NCBI GenBank assembly: GCA_963665325.3 | Contig: OZ224045.1 | Location: forward strand, 1,856,001 to 1,920,000 | Direction of reading: 5' to 3' | Source of the DNA: Alphaproteobacteria bacterium | Lineage (GTDB): Bacteria; Pseudomonadota; Alphaproteobacteria; Bin95 | Length of the DNA: 64,000 nt | Shown here: one piece after another, positions 40,312 through 50,754 of the stretch | Numbering within the stretch: position 1 is the stretch's first letter | Layout of the letters: each line of letters begins with the position of its first letter | Translations under genes and position numbers: made by a program | The notes under the pieces: model-generated | Told to the model about the DNA's origin: nothing | Databases searched by the model: none | What the model saw: the letters and a program-made list of their open reading frames with translations, nothing else

Positions 40312-41238
40312 ATGCTGAAACGAATTGCACTGGCCGCCGCGGCGGCAACGGCCTTCGCGGGGATAGCCGGAAGCGCCGGCGCATATCCGGACAAGCCGAT
40401 TACGCTGATCGTGCCCTACAAGGCCGGCGGCACCACCCATACGATGTCGATGGTGCTGTCCAAGGCGCTCGGGGAGGCTCTCGGCGGCAAGGTCGTGGTC
40501 AAGACCCGTCCCGGCGCCGGCAGCGCGGTTGGCATGACCTTCCTTTCCAAGGCGAAACCCGACGGCTACACCATCGCCTATTCGGACCTCGGCAACCTGA
40601 TCTGGAACCCGATGACCAAGAAGGACGTCGCCTACAAGGTCGACGACCTCCGGGTCATCGCCGGCATCAGCGAATACCAGGTGGCGCTTATCACCACGCC
40701 GGACAAGCCGTACAAGACGCTCGACGAGCTGCTGGAATATTCGAAGACCAATCCGCTCAATGTCGCGGACATGGGCGGCATGTCGAAAGTGTTCCTGAAC
40801 TACATCGCGGCGAAGGAAAACGTGAAGTGGACGGCGATCCCGACGCGCGGCGGCGGCGAGATGGTGCCGTTCCTGCTCGGCGGCAAGATCGACTTCGCCT
40901 ATAGCGGCGGTATCCACCAGAAGCACGGCGACAAGATGATCGTGCTTGCCTCCTTCCTGAAGGACGGCCTGGCGAAGGACCCGGACGCGCCCACGACCCA
41001 GGAGCGCTACGGCATCGCCATGCCCGGCAATTCCGTGCTGGTTGCTCCGGCCGGGATATCCGACGAGATCGCCATGAAGCTCGAGGCCGCGGCCAAGGCG
41101 GCGATGGACGATCCCGATTTCACCAAGGTGCTGGCGAACATCCAGTTCCCGAAGCGCTACATCCCCTCGTCCGACATCTCCGATTTCGCGGCGAGCGTCA
41201 CGAAGAGCCTTCAGGAAGTCGTTGCGGCGACGCAGTAG
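40312..41238 (+). CDS. Tripartite tricarboxylate transporter substrate-binding protein (TctC/Bug)
   Basis: Signal peptide, YPDKPITLIVPY.AGG, PGAG, PDGYT, GGGE. Confidence 0.92.
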   Translation: MLKRIALAAAAATAFAGIAGSAGAYPDKPITLIVPYKAGGTTHTMSMVLSKALGEALGGKVVVKTRPGAGSAVGMTFLSKAKPDGYTIAYSDLGNLIWNPMTKKDVAYKVDDLRVIAGISEYQVALITTPDKPYKTLDELLEYSKTNPLNVADMGGMSKVFLNYIAAKENVKWTAIPTRGGGEMVPFLLGGKIDFAYSGGIHQKHGDKMIVLASFLKDGLAKDPDAPTTQERYGIAMPGNSVLVAPAGISDEIAMKLEAAAKAAMDDPDFTKVLANIQFPKRYIPSSDISDFAASVTKSLQEVVAATQ

Positions 41239-41250
41239 GCCAAGGGGCCG

Positions 41251-41282
41251 GGAGCCGGGGCGCCCTCGGGCGTTCCGGCTTC
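41251..41282 (+). other. Intergenic hairpin after tctC (possible mRNA stability element)
   Basis: GAGCCGGGGCGCCC-TC-GGGCGTTCCGGCTT imperfect inverted repeat. Confidence 0.45.
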
Positions 41283-41322
41283 GCACGCGCCCTCTTCGCC
41301 CGCCCTGCATGAGGCCGCTTCG

Positions 41323-41817
41323 GTGAGAACAACCCACATCTGGTCGGGAGTGCTGCTGGTCCTGGCATCGCTCTGGTGCCTGTTCTGGGTCATTCCCGAT
41401 AACACGTACCCGCCCGACAGCGAACTCGATCTGGCCCCTGCCTTGGTGCCGTCCATTGCCATCGGCGCGTGCCTGGTGCTGGCGGCCGTCATGGCCTTGC
41501 AGGCCATTCGTGGCAGCACCAGCGTCGGATCGGGCGAGGACCATCTGGACGAGGAGTTCGGCGCAGAGGCGACGGGCGCGAGCGGCCATGTGCTGCTGAA
41601 CCTGCTCATCTGGACAGCCGTCGCTGGTGCATCCTGGTTCCTGATCGAACATGTCGGCTTCGAGCCGGCCATGACGCTCTTCCTGGTCGCGACCATGCTG
41701 TTCGTCGGCGCGAGGAACCCCTGGACCATCGCGCTGGTCTCGGTGGCCACGCCGGTCGTGCTTTCGCTGGCGGCCTACCAGTTCTTCAACACCGAACTCC
41801 CCGCCTTCTGGCGCTGA
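41323..41817 (+). CDS. TctB family small membrane protein
   Basis: Hydrophobic helices, C-terminal F...LP, position between tctC and tctA. Confidence 0.85.
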   Translation: MRTTHIWSGVLLVLASLWCLFWVIPDNTYPPDSELDLAPALVPSIAIGACLVLAAVMALQAIRGSTSVGSGEDHLDEEFGAEATGASGHVLLNLLIWTAVAGASWFLIEHVGFEPAMTLFLVATMLFVGARNPWTIALVSVATPVVLSLAAYQFFNTELPAFWR

Positions 41818-41841
41818 GCGGAACGAGTAGGGGGGCGGTCG

Positions 41842-43395
41842 ATGGACATACTCAACAGCATGCTCGGCGGCTTCGAGGCCGCTTTCACGCTCGTCAACCT
41901 CGCCTATATCTGCGTCGGCATCGTGCTCGGCATCATCTTCGGTGTGCTGCCGGGGCTGGGCAGCGTCACCGCGCTCGCCATGCTGATCCCGATCACCTTC
42001 TATTTCACGCCGCTTGCCGCCATCGCCTTCCTGGTCGGCATCAACAAGGGTGGCACCTCGGGCGGGGCTATTCCGGCCATCCTCATCAATGCGCCGGGAA
42101 CGCCGGAAGCGGCGGCGACCGCGCTCGACGGCTATCCGCTCGCAAAGCAGGGCAAGCCGGAAAAAGCGATGAAGACGGCCCTCTATTCGTCGGTCTTCGG
42201 CGACACGTTTTCCGACATCATCCTCATCCTGCTCGCCGCGCCCTTCGCGGCCATCGCGCTGACTTTCGGGCCCAACGAACTCACCACGATCATCCTCTTC
42301 TCGTTCACCATGATCGCGGCGCTGGCGGGCCGCTCACTCGTAAAGGGGCTGATCGCGGCGGCGCTCGGGCTGTTCCTCAGCACATGGGGCCTCGACCCGG
42401 TGGACAGCACGGAGCGGATGACCTTCGGCACCATCTACCTCTTCGACGGCATTCCGCTGCTGCCCTTCGCAATCGGGACGCTGGCGCTGAGCTCCGTCCT
42501 CTCGCAGCTCTACGACATGCGCCGGGACCGGGGCCAACCGCCGCCGCCGCCGCTTCCGCCCGCATCCCAGTTCCGGGTCGAGAACCGCATCGCGCCCCGG
42601 GAGTTCTGGGGCAATTGGAAGACGCTTATCCGTTCCGCCTGCATCGGCACGGGCGTCGGCATCCTACCCGGCCTCGGCGTCACGCTGGCCGCGTTCCTCG
42701 GCTACGGAGCGGCGCGGCGCGCCTCCCCGCGCGGCGACAATTTCGGCAAGGGCGAGCTCGAAGGCATCCAGGCGACGGAAGCGGCGAACAGCGCCGTGGT
42801 CGGCTCCAACCTCATCCCCACCATCGCGCTCGGCATTCCGGGCAATGTGGCGGCGGCGCTGCTGATCGGCGCGTTCATGATCCACGGCGTCGTGCCGGGG
42901 CCGCTGATGATGGTGAACCACGCCGAGCTCATCTACTCCATCTTCGCGTCCATGCTGATGGCCAATCTCGCCCATCTCATCATCGGGCGCGCGGGCATCC
43001 GCATCTGGGTCCAGTTCGTCAGGATTCCCAAGCACATCGTGCTGCCGACCGTCGTGCTGCTCTGCGTGGTCGGGGTCTATATCCCGACCAATTCCATGTT
43101 CGACGTGGGCATGCTGTTCCTGTTCGCCGGCGTCGGCTACCTGATGCGCAAGGCGGGCTTCTCCATCGTCTGCCTGGTGATCGGCTTCCTGCTCGGCGAG
43201 AATTTTGAGATCTATCTCCGGCAGACGGTGCTCATCAACAAGGCCGACCTGACCGTCCTGCTGACCAACCCCATTTCGCTGGCTTTCCTGTTGCTCACGG
43301 CTTTCTTCATCTGGCATTTCGGCATTCGCGTGCCCCTCAGGCAGAAGCGCGAGCGCGAGGCCGCCGCCAGGGAAGTCGACACAGCATCCGACTGA
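41842..43395 (+). CDS. TctA family permease
   Basis: G.LPGLG, GG.IPAIL.N.PGTP, DGYP, EAANS, LGIPG. Confidence 0.93.
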   Translation: MDILNSMLGGFEAAFTLVNLAYICVGIVLGIIFGVLPGLGSVTALAMLIPITFYFTPLAAIAFLVGINKGGTSGGAIPAILINAPGTPEAAATALDGYPLAKQGKPEKAMKTALYSSVFGDTFSDIILILLAAPFAAIALTFGPNELTTIILFSFTMIAALAGRSLVKGLIAAALGLFLSTWGLDPVDSTERMTFGTIYLFDGIPLLPFAIGTLALSSVLSQLYDMRRDRGQPPPPPLPPASQFRVENRIAPREFWGNWKTLIRSACIGTGVGILPGLGVTLAAFLGYGAARRASPRGDNFGKGELEGIQATEAANSAVVGSNLIPTIALGIPGNVAAALLIGAFMIHGVVPGPLMMVNHAELIYSIFASMLMANLAHLIIGRAGIRIWVQFVRIPKHIVLPTVVLLCVVGVYIPTNSMFDVGMLFLFAGVGYLMRKAGFSIVCLVIGFLLGENFEIYLRQTVLINKADLTVLLTNPISLAFLLLTAFFIWHFGIRVPLRQKREREAAAREVDTASD

Positions 43396-43426
43396 CCCCC
43401 GTTCCATCCCCCCGACGCGAGGCGAC

Positions 43427-44974
43427 ATGTCCGACCGGCCGAACATCCTCTTCATCACCTCCGACCAGCAGCGCGCCGACTGCTACGGCTTTGCCGGCCG
43501 GCGCGTGAAGACGCCGCATCTGGACCGGCTGGCGGCGGAGGGGACGCATTTCGATGCGTGCATCACGCCGAACCTGGTGTGCCAGCCCTCGCGCGCGTCC
43601 ATGCTGACCGGGCTGCTGCCGCTGACCCACGGTGTTGCGGACAACGGTATCGACCTGCGCCCGGAGACGGGCGAACGCGGCTTTGCGACGGCGCTCAACG
43701 CCAAGGGCTACGACACGGCGTTCATCGGCAAGGCCCATTTCGCGACCAGCAGCACCTTTTCGCCGACCGGCACGCCGGAATGCAGCCACAGCACGGCCGA
43801 TTTCGATCCGTCCTGGTTCGGGCCCTATATGGGCTTCAGCCATGTGGAGCTGATGGTGCTCGGGCACTGGTTCCACCACCGCAAGGAAGGGATAACGCCG
43901 CCGCACGGGCAGCATTTCGAGCGCTGGGCGTTCGAGGAGTCCGGCTATCCGGACATATTCGACCTCTGGGAGGCCGAGACCCAGCCGGGGACGGGCGCGG
44001 CGCAGACCTGGAGTTCCGGCATGCCCGCGGCGGTGCATAGCAGCGCCTGGTGCGCCGACCGCACGATCGAGTGGCTGCAGAACCGGAAATCGGATACGCC
44101 CAGTTGCGCCTGGGTGTCGTTCCCCGATCCGCACCACCCCTTCGACTGCCCGGAGCCGTGGAGCCTGCTGCACCACCCGGACGAGATGGAATTGCCCGTG
44201 GAAGGCGGGAAGGACCTGGACCGTCGCCCCTGGTGGCACCGGGCCTCGCTGGAGCGCGAACCGGTGCTTGCGGACCCGAGTCTCCGCGATTTCCGCGCGA
44301 AGCTCTCGCGCGTGCCAGACCAGACAGAGGCGCAACTGCGCGAGATGACGGCGAACTATTACGGCATGGTCTCACTCATCGACCACTCGGTCGGGCGCAT
44401 CCTCGTCGAGCTCGACCGGCTGGGCATGCGCGACAACACCATCGTCGTCTATTCGACCGACCATGGCGACCTGCTGGGCGACCACGGCCTCTACCTCAAG
44501 GGTCCGACGCCCTACGAGGCGCTGCTGCGCGTCGGGCTGATCGCGCGCGGCCCCGGCATTCCCGCCGGGCGGCAGGCGAAGGACCCGGTTTCCACGCTGG
44601 ATCTGCCCGCAACCTTCTGCGACTACGCCGGCACGGCGCTGGACGAGCGCGCCCAGTCGGAGAGCCTGCGCGGCCTGTTCGAGAACGCGCCGGGCGCCGG
44701 GCGCGAGGTGGCCTACAGCGAATGGAACGTGAATGCGAGCCGCTGCGGCGTGCCGCTGGAGCTGCGCACAGTGCGCACGAAAACGGCGAAGCTGACCTTG
44801 GAGCTGGGGTCGGGCGCCGGCGAGCTCTACGACCTAGCAAGCGACCCGAACGAAATGGACAACCGTTTCGACGACCCGGGCGCCGCTGCGCTCCGCCGCG
44901 AGCTGGAAGAGATGGTGCAGGCGCGGCCGGGCGAGGTGCTGGAGACGTTCGACGAACCCGTCGGCATGGCCTGA
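43427..44974 (+). CDS. Formylglycine-type sulfatase-like hydrolase
   Basis: PNILFITSDQ, CQPSRASMLTG (CxPxR), GKAH, PHHPF, TDHGD. Confidence 0.92.
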   Translation: MSDRPNILFITSDQQRADCYGFAGRRVKTPHLDRLAAEGTHFDACITPNLVCQPSRASMLTGLLPLTHGVADNGIDLRPETGERGFATALNAKGYDTAFIGKAHFATSSTFSPTGTPECSHSTADFDPSWFGPYMGFSHVELMVLGHWFHHRKEGITPPHGQHFERWAFEESGYPDIFDLWEAETQPGTGAAQTWSSGMPAAVHSSAWCADRTIEWLQNRKSDTPSCAWVSFPDPHHPFDCPEPWSLLHHPDEMELPVEGGKDLDRRPWWHRASLEREPVLADPSLRDFRAKLSRVPDQTEAQLREMTANYYGMVSLIDHSVGRILVELDRLGMRDNTIVVYSTDHGDLLGDHGLYLKGPTPYEALLRVGLIARGPGIPAGRQAKDPVSTLDLPATFCDYAGTALDERAQSESLRGLFENAPGAGREVAYSEWNVNASRCGVPLELRTVRTKTAKLTLELGSGAGELYDLASDPNEMDNRFDDPGAAALRRELEEMVQARPGEVLETFDEPVGMA

Positions 44975-45046
44975 CCGCCTCGGTTCAAAACGCCGGGGCT
45001 ATGCTCTAAAAGACGCGGCAACGCACTGTAGCGAGGCCCGGCTCCC

Positions 45047-45634
45047 ATGCGCGAAGCGTCGATAGCGCGGAAAACGACGGAAACCGAGATCGATGTCCGG
45101 ATTCGCCTCGACGGCGAGGGTCGTTACAGCATCTCGACCGGCGTCGGTTTCCTCGACCACATGCTCGAACAACTCGCCCGGCACGGCCTTGTCGATCTCG
45201 ACATCGCCGCCGAGGGCGACCTCCACATCGACGCGCACCACACCACGGAGGACACCGGCATTGCCGTGGGACAGGCCGTGTCCGCCGCGCTCGGGGACCG
45301 GAAGGGCATCCGGCGCTACGGCCATGCCTATGTGCCGATGGACGAGGCGCTTGTGCGCGTCGCGCTCGATCTTTCCAACCGGCCCTATCTCATCTGGCGT
45401 GTGGACCTTCCGGCGCAGAAGCTCGGGACGATGGACACGGAACTCTTCCGGGAGTGGTTCCAGGCCTTTGCGCAGCATGCCGGCGCGACGCTGCATGTCG
45501 AATGCCTCTACGGCACCAATACGCACCACATCGTCGAAGCCTGCTTCAAGGCCCTGGCGCGGGCATTGCGCATAGCGGCGGAGATCGACCCGCGCCGCAG
45601 CGACGCCGTGCCCTCCACCAAGGGCAGCCTTTGA
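45047..45634 (+). CDS. hisB: Imidazoleglycerol-phosphate dehydratase
   Basis: [25 protein letters not shown]. Confidence 0.97.
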   Translation: MREASIARKTTETEIDVRIRLDGEGRYSISTGVGFLDHMLEQLARHGLVDLDIAAEGDLHIDAHHTTEDTGIAVGQAVSAALGDRKGIRRYGHAYVPMDEALVRVALDLSNRPYLIWRVDLPAQKLGTMDTELFREWFQAFAQHAGATLHVECLYGTNTHHIVEACFKALARALRIAAEIDPRRSDAVPSTKGSL

Positions 45635-45642
45635 CCGGCGCC

Positions 45643-46002
45643 ATGCGTATCTACACGATTCATCGCCGCAGCCGGGGCGTTCTGGAGGAGCCGGAAATTC
45701 GCGCCGTCAAGGAAGGCTTCTGCTGGCCGGCGCTGTTCTTCGGACCGCTCTGGGCGGCATGGCGCGGCGACTTGGCGGTCGCCGCAGGGCTTCTGGCGGT
45801 CGTCGCGGCAGCGGTCGCTCTTGGCGAATTCCCGTGGCTGTCGCTGCCGTTGCTGCTGCTCGCGGCCTTCTCGGTCGGCTTCGAAGGCAACGACCTGACG
45901 CGCTGGCGCCTCGGCCGGCGGGGGTTCTCCGCAGCCGCGCTCGCGGCCGGGCGGAACGCCGCCGATGCCGAGGCCTGCTTTCTGACCCGGACGCCGCAGT
46001 GA
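45643..46002 (+). CDS. DUF2628-like membrane protein
   Basis: MRIYT.H, V.EGF.W.A..FGPLW; typical position between hisB and hisH. Confidence 0.75.
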   Translation: MRIYTIHRRSRGVLEEPEIRAVKEGFCWPALFFGPLWAAWRGDLAVAAGLLAVVAAAVALGEFPWLSLPLLLLAAFSVGFEGNDLTRWRLGRRGFSAAALAAGRNAADAEACFLTRTPQ

Positions 46003-46640
46003 CCGTCGCCATCGTCGATTATGGGTCCGGCAACCTGCGCTCGGCCGAAAAGGCGTTCGCGCGGGCTCTCGACGAGAACGGTGGAGGAGGCCGGGTCGTC
46101 GTGACCTCCGACCCCGACGAGGTGGCCGCCGCCGACCGCATCGTGCTGCCCGGCGTCGGCGCCTTCGGCGACTGCCGCTCGGGCCTGTTCGGGTTGGACG
46201 GCATGGTCGAGGCCCTGGCGGAGGCGGTGACCGGCAAGGGCCGGCCCTTCCTCGGCATCTGCGTCGGCATGCAATTGATGGCGGAGCGGGGGCTCGAGCA
46301 CGGCGTGCATGAGGGCCTCGGGTGGCTGCCCGGCAGCGTTGTCGCGCTGGAGCCGGGCGACCCGGCCTGCAAGGTGCCGCATATGGGCTGGAACGGCCTG
46401 TCGGCGGTCGCTGACCATCCGGTTCTTGCCGGGCTCGGCAACGGAGGCTACGTCTATTTCGTGCATTCCTACCGGTTCGCGCCGGCGGAGGACGGGCACA
46501 TGCTGGCAGAGAGCGACCATGGCGGCCGGTTTGCCGCCGTCGTCGGTCGTGGCAATTTGATCGGCACGCAATTCCATCCCGAGAAGAGCCAGGTATATGG
46601 GTTGCGTCTGATTGCGAACTTCCTCGATTGGCGGCCGTGA
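45999..46640 (+). CDS. hisH: IGP synthase glutaminase subunit
   Basis: DYGSGNL, LPGVGAF, GICVGMQ, PHMGWN, QFHPEKS. Confidence 0.96.
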   Translation: MTVAIVDYGSGNLRSAEKAFARALDENGGGGRVVVTSDPDEVAAADRIVLPGVGAFGDCRSGLFGLDGMVEALAEAVTGKGRPFLGICVGMQLMAERGLEHGVHEGLGWLPGSVVALEPGDPACKVPHMGWNGLSAVADHPVLAGLGNGGYVYFVHSYRFAPAEDGHMLAESDHGGRFAAVVGRGNLIGTQFHPEKSQVYGLRLIANFLDWRP

Positions 46641-46641
46641 C

Positions 46642-47184
46642 ATGGAAAAGTTTCAGGTGGAGCGCCTCGAATCGCTGAGCGAGACCGACCTGTTCGATCT
46701 CTGCGAAGCGACGGATGCGGCGATTCTGGACGGCGGCGGGTTCGGTTTCGTGTCCCCGCCCGAGCGCAATTGGCTCGAACGCTACTGGCAGGGCGTGCTG
46801 CTGGTGCCTGAGCGCAGCCTGTTCGTCGCTCGGCGCGAGGGAACGATTTGCGGCTCCGTGCAGATGGTCGCTCCGCCGCGCAACAACGAAGCCCAGAAGT
46901 CGATTGTCGCGGTGCAACATCTCTTCGTTGCACCCTGGGCGCGCGGCCTGGGCGTCGGTCGGCTGCTGATGGAGGCGGCTGAGGCCGAAGCCAAGACCCG
47001 CCGCTTCAAGGTCATCAATCTGGATGTGCGGGAAACCCAGACCCAGGCGATCGCCATGTACGAGGCGCTCGGCTACCAGCGCTGGGGCCTGCACCCGAAA
47101 TATGCCCATGTCCGGGGCAACTGGGTGCCGGGCATCTATTTCTTCAAGGATGTGCCGTCTGCCGGAAAACGGCGGGCCGGATGA
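46642..47184 (+). CDS. GNAT acetyltransferase
   Basis: [26 protein letters not shown]. Confidence 0.88.
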   Translation: MEKFQVERLESLSETDLFDLCEATDAAILDGGGFGFVSPPERNWLERYWQGVLLVPERSLFVARREGTICGSVQMVAPPRNNEAQKSIVAVQHLFVAPWARGLGVGRLLMEAAEAEAKTRRFKVINLDVRETQTQAIAMYEALGYQRWGLHPKYAHVRGNWVPGIYFFKDVPSAGKRRAG

Positions 47185-47915
47185 TCGTCTTCCCCGCCAT
47201 CGACCTCAAGGACGGTTCCTGCGTGCGTCTGGTCCAGGGCGATATGGGCCGGGTGACGGTCTTCAACGACGATCCCGCCGACCAGGCCGGCCGGTTCGAG
47301 TCGGCGGGGTTTTCGTGGCTGCACCTGGTGGACCTGAACGGCGCGGTGGAGGGCGAGCCGGTCAATGCCGAGGCTGTGGAGGCCGTGCTTGCGGCGGTCG
47401 GTCTGCCGGTCCAGCTCGGCGGCGGCATCCGCGATATGGCGACCATCGAGACGTGGCTCGGCAAGGGCGTGCGGCGGGTCGTGCTGGGCACGGCGGCACT
47501 TACCGACCCCGCTTTGGTCCGGGCCGCCTGCCGGCAGTTCCCCGGGCGGATCGTCGTCGGCATCGATGCGCGCGACGGCATGGTCGCAACAAGGGGCTGG
47601 ACCGAGACCTCGGAAACCCCGGCTCTCGATCTTGCGCTCCGCTTCGAGGATGCCGGCGTCGCGGCCATCGTGTTCACCGACATCGCCCGCGACGGGGCGC
47701 TGGGCGGCGTCAATATGGACGCTACGGTGGATCTTGCATGGGCGCTGACCACCCCGGTCATCGCGTCGGGCGGGGTGGCGGACCATGACGATCTCCGCGC
47801 AATCTATGCCGAACGGGGTTCGGGCATCGAAGGAGTGATTTGCGGGCGGGCGCTTTACGACGGGCGGATCGACCCGGCGACCGCGCTGCACATCGCGACG
47901 GGCGGCGAATGCTGA
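47181..47915 (+). CDS. hisA: ProFAR isomerase
   Basis: [30 protein letters not shown]. Confidence 0.96.
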   Translation: MIVFPAIDLKDGSCVRLVQGDMGRVTVFNDDPADQAGRFESAGFSWLHLVDLNGAVEGEPVNAEAVEAVLAAVGLPVQLGGGIRDMATIETWLGKGVRRVVLGTAALTDPALVRAACRQFPGRIVVGIDARDGMVATRGWTETSETPALDLALRFEDAGVAAIVFTDIARDGALGGVNMDATVDLAWALTTPVIASGGVADHDDLRAIYAERGSGIEGVICGRALYDGRIDPATALHIATGGEC

Positions 47916-48679
47916 CCGTGCGCGTCATCCCCTGTCTCGACGTCGATGCCGGCAGGGTCGTGAAGGGCGTCAATTTCGTGGACCTGCGGGATATGGGCGA
48001 CCCCGTCGAGCAGGCCCGCTTCTATGACGCATCGGGTGCCGACGAACTCTGCTTCCTCGATATCACCGCGAGCCATGAGCAGCGCGACACGATCCTCGAC
48101 GTCGTACGCCGCACCGCCGACCGTTGCTTCATGCCGGTGACGGTCGGCGGCGGAATCCGCACGGTGGAGAATATCCGCAACCTCCTGCTGGCCGGCGCGG
48201 ACAAGGTGTCGATCAACACGGCCGCCGTTTCCCGCCCGGAGTTCGTGCGCGAGGCGGCCCGCAAGTTCGGCACGCAATGCATAACGGTCGCGGTCGATGC
48301 AAAGCGCGCCGGGACCGGCCGGTGGGAAGTCTTCACGCATGGCGGGCGGCGGCCGACCGGCATAGAGGCTGTGGGCTGGGCGGAGCGCATGATCTCGCTG
48401 GGAGCGGGGGAAATCCTCCTTACCTCCATGGACCGTGACGGCACCAGGGACGGCTACGACCTGGAGCTCACGCGCGCCGTTGCCGATGCCGTGCCGGTGC
48501 CGGTGATTGCCTCCGGCGGCGTGGGATCGCTTGAGCACCTGTCGGAAGGTGTGGCGGACGGCCATGCCTCGGCCGTACTCGCCGCTTCGATCTTCCACGA
48601 CCGCATCTACAGCATCGCGGAGGCCAAGCGGGCCATGGCCGCGGCCGGCATCCCGGTGCGTCCGGAGCCCGGCGCATGA
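47909..48679 (+). CDS. hisF: IGP synthase cyclase subunit
   Basis: IPCLDV..GRVVKG, GADEL.FLDI, SMDRDGT, LAASIFH. Confidence 0.97.
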   Translation: MLTVRVIPCLDVDAGRVVKGVNFVDLRDMGDPVEQARFYDASGADELCFLDITASHEQRDTILDVVRRTADRCFMPVTVGGGIRTVENIRNLLLAGADKVSINTAAVSRPEFVREAARKFGTQCITVAVDAKRAGTGRWEVFTHGGRRPTGIEAVGWAERMISLGAGEILLTSMDRDGTRDGYDLELTRAVADAVPVPVIASGGVGSLEHLSEGVADGHASAVLAASIFHDRIYSIAEAKRAMAAAGIPVRPEPGA

Positions 48680-48990
48680 ACGACAACGACATAATCGACA
48701 GGCTCTACGCTGTGATCGAGAGCCGGCGGGGCGCCGACCCCGAGACCTCGCGCACGGCGCGCTACTTCCACCTGGGCCGGGAGAAGATTGCGCAGAAAGT
48801 GGGCGAGGAGGCCGTCGAGACGGTTATCGAAGCGGTGCGCGGCGACCGGGACCGATTGATCGAGGAAAGCGCCGATCTGCTCTACCACCTGCTGGTGCTC
48901 TGGGCCGATGCGGGCGTGGCGCCGGACGATGTGCGGGCGGCGCTGGCCCGGCGCGAGGGCAAATCCGACGCAAGCGAGCGATCCCGATGA
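48676..48990 (+). CDS. hisE: Phosphoribosyl-ATP diphosphatase
   Basis: [17 protein letters not shown]. Confidence 0.95.
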   Translation: MNDNDIIDRLYAVIESRRGADPETSRTARYFHLGREKIAQKVGEEAVETVIEAVRGDRDRLIEESADLLYHLLVLWADAGVAPDDVRAALARREGKSDASERSR

Positions 48991-49346
48991 GCTATGACGA
49001 CGACAACATCTTTGCGCGCATCCTGCGGGGCGAGATTCCCTGCGACAAGGTGCATGAAAGCGACCATGCGCTCGCCTTCCGCGACATCGCGCCGAAGGCT
49101 CCGAGCCATGTGCTGGTGATTCCCAAGGGCCGCTACGAGACGCTGCACGAGTTTGCGGAGAAGGGCAGCGACGCCGAACTGGCCGGCTGGGTGCGCGCCA
49201 TGGCGGCGGTCGCGCGCGCCGAGGGCGTTACCGAAGGCGGCTACCGCGCGACCGTCAATAACGGCCGCCACGGCAACCAGGAAGTGCCGCACCTGCATGC
49301 GCACATAGTCGGCGGCCGCCAGCTCGGCGGTGCGCCGCGCGGGTGA
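48987..49346 (+). CDS. Histidine triad nucleotide-binding protein
   Basis: NIFARILRGEIP, QEVPHLHAH. Confidence 0.93.
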   Translation: MSYDDDNIFARILRGEIPCDKVHESDHALAFRDIAPKAPSHVLVIPKGRYETLHEFAEKGSDAELAGWVRAMAAVARAEGVTEGGYRATVNNGRHGNQEVPHLHAHIVGGRQLGGAPRG

Positions 49347-49352
49347 CGCCTG

Positions 49353-50705
49353 CTACTCCGCTGCCTTCTGCGGCTTGATACGATTCAGAATGTCCTGGGC
49401 CCGATGCCAGTCGGCGGAGTTCTCGGGAAACTTGCGGACGGCGCGGCCGGCGAGGGCGACCGCGCGGCGGGCATCGCCGGTGAGCAGGGCGTGTTCGGCA
49501 AGCGCAAGGTCTGCCAGAGCCGGCCGGCCCGAGCGCCCCTCCGCAATGCCGAGCCAGTACCAGGCGCCCGCGCTTCGCGGACTGCGGCGAACGACCTCGC
49601 GCAGGTTGCGGACCGCCTCTTCGAGCGTGTCCCGCGTGCCGGACTCGATGGCGGCGCGGCCAAGCTCGACGCGGATCAGGCCCGCACGGGGGGCGAGGCG
49701 AACGGCTTCGCGGTAGGATTCCAGCGCCTCCGCGCCGCGGCCGTTCTCGAACAGCATCTGGCCCCGGAGTTCGTGGAAGTAGGGGTCTTTCGGCGCCTCC
49801 GCGATGAGGCCGTCGATCAAGGCGAGCGCTTCAGCGAGGTTCGGGACGCGGTAGTGGGCGATGGCGCGGGCGTAACGCGCCGCGACGCTTTTGTCGGAAG
49901 CGTCGTAACGGGCAAGCGTCTCTTCGGGGGGATTGAGAAATCCGTCCAACTTGGCGACCATCCGGGCATGGCGCCGGTAGAAATCGTCCGGCAGGTCACT
50001 GTCGGCCCAGGGAGACTCGGCGGTATGCTCGCGCACGATCTGGATGCGCTCTTCCGTGAGCGGATGGGTGCGCCGGTAGACATCCCCCCCGCCGCCGGCG
50101 ATCGTTTCCCGGTTCTCCAGAATCCCGAGGAATTCCGCGAAGCCGCGCGACGAGATTTTCGACCGGTCGAGATATTGCAGCGCCGCCTGGTCCGCAGCCG
50201 ACTCCTCGGTCCGGGAATGGCGCAAAAGGCCCCGCTCGGCAAGCGTGACGCCGCCCGATATCACCGCCTGTGCGACACGGGGGTCCCCCGTCGCGATGCC
50301 CGCTGCGGCGCCGAGCGCCGTTGAGATGATCGCCTGTGCCGTCCGGCTCTCGATTTCGCCCTTGAGACGCGCGAGATGTCCGCCGACGATATGGCCCGTC
50401 TCATGCGCGATCACGCCGATAACCTGGCCGGGGCTCTCGCTGACCCGGAGCAGTTCGGTGTACAGGAATATCTGCATCCCGTTGGAAACAAAGGCGTTCA
50501 CCTGGTCGCTATTCACGAGATGCAAGCGTATGCTTTCCGGCGAAATACGGGCCGCGCGGAAGACCGGATCCGCGTACAGGCGGAGCGTTTCCTCTATCTC
50601 CGCGTCCCGGACCATATTGAGCGATCGGGCTTCCGAGGGCGCGGCGCCCGAGAACGCAAGCAGAGCGGCGAAGAGGCCGCAGAGAAGGGAGCGTATGGGC
50701 CTCAT
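49353..50705 (-). CDS. M48 metalloprotease with TPRs (BepA-like)
   Basis: Signal peptide, NAF, HETGH, E..AD, THP, C-terminal TPR-like helices. Confidence 0.9.
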   Translation of the reverse strand: MRPIRSLLCGLFAALLAFSGAAPSEARSLNMVRDAEIEETLRLYADPVFRAARISPESIRLHLVNSDQVNAFVSNGMQIFLYTELLRVSESPGQVIGVIAHETGHIVGGHLARLKGEIESRTAQAIISTALGAAAGIATGDPRVAQAVISGGVTLAERGLLRHSRTEESAADQAALQYLDRSKISSRGFAEFLGILENRETIAGGGGDVYRRTHPLTEERIQIVREHTAESPWADSDLPDDFYRRHARMVAKLDGFLNPPEETLARYDASDKSVAARYARAIAHYRVPNLAEALALIDGLIAEAPKDPYFHELRGQMLFENGRGAEALESYREAVRLAPRAGLIRVELGRAAIESGTRDTLEEAVRNLREVVRRSPRSAGAWYWLGIAEGRSGRPALADLALAEHALLTGDARRAVALAGRAVRKFPENSADWHRAQDILNRIKPQKAAE

Positions 50706-50754
50706 GGATGGCGACCTCGCAGGGCGTTGGACACAAGCTAGGCGCCGGTCCGGA

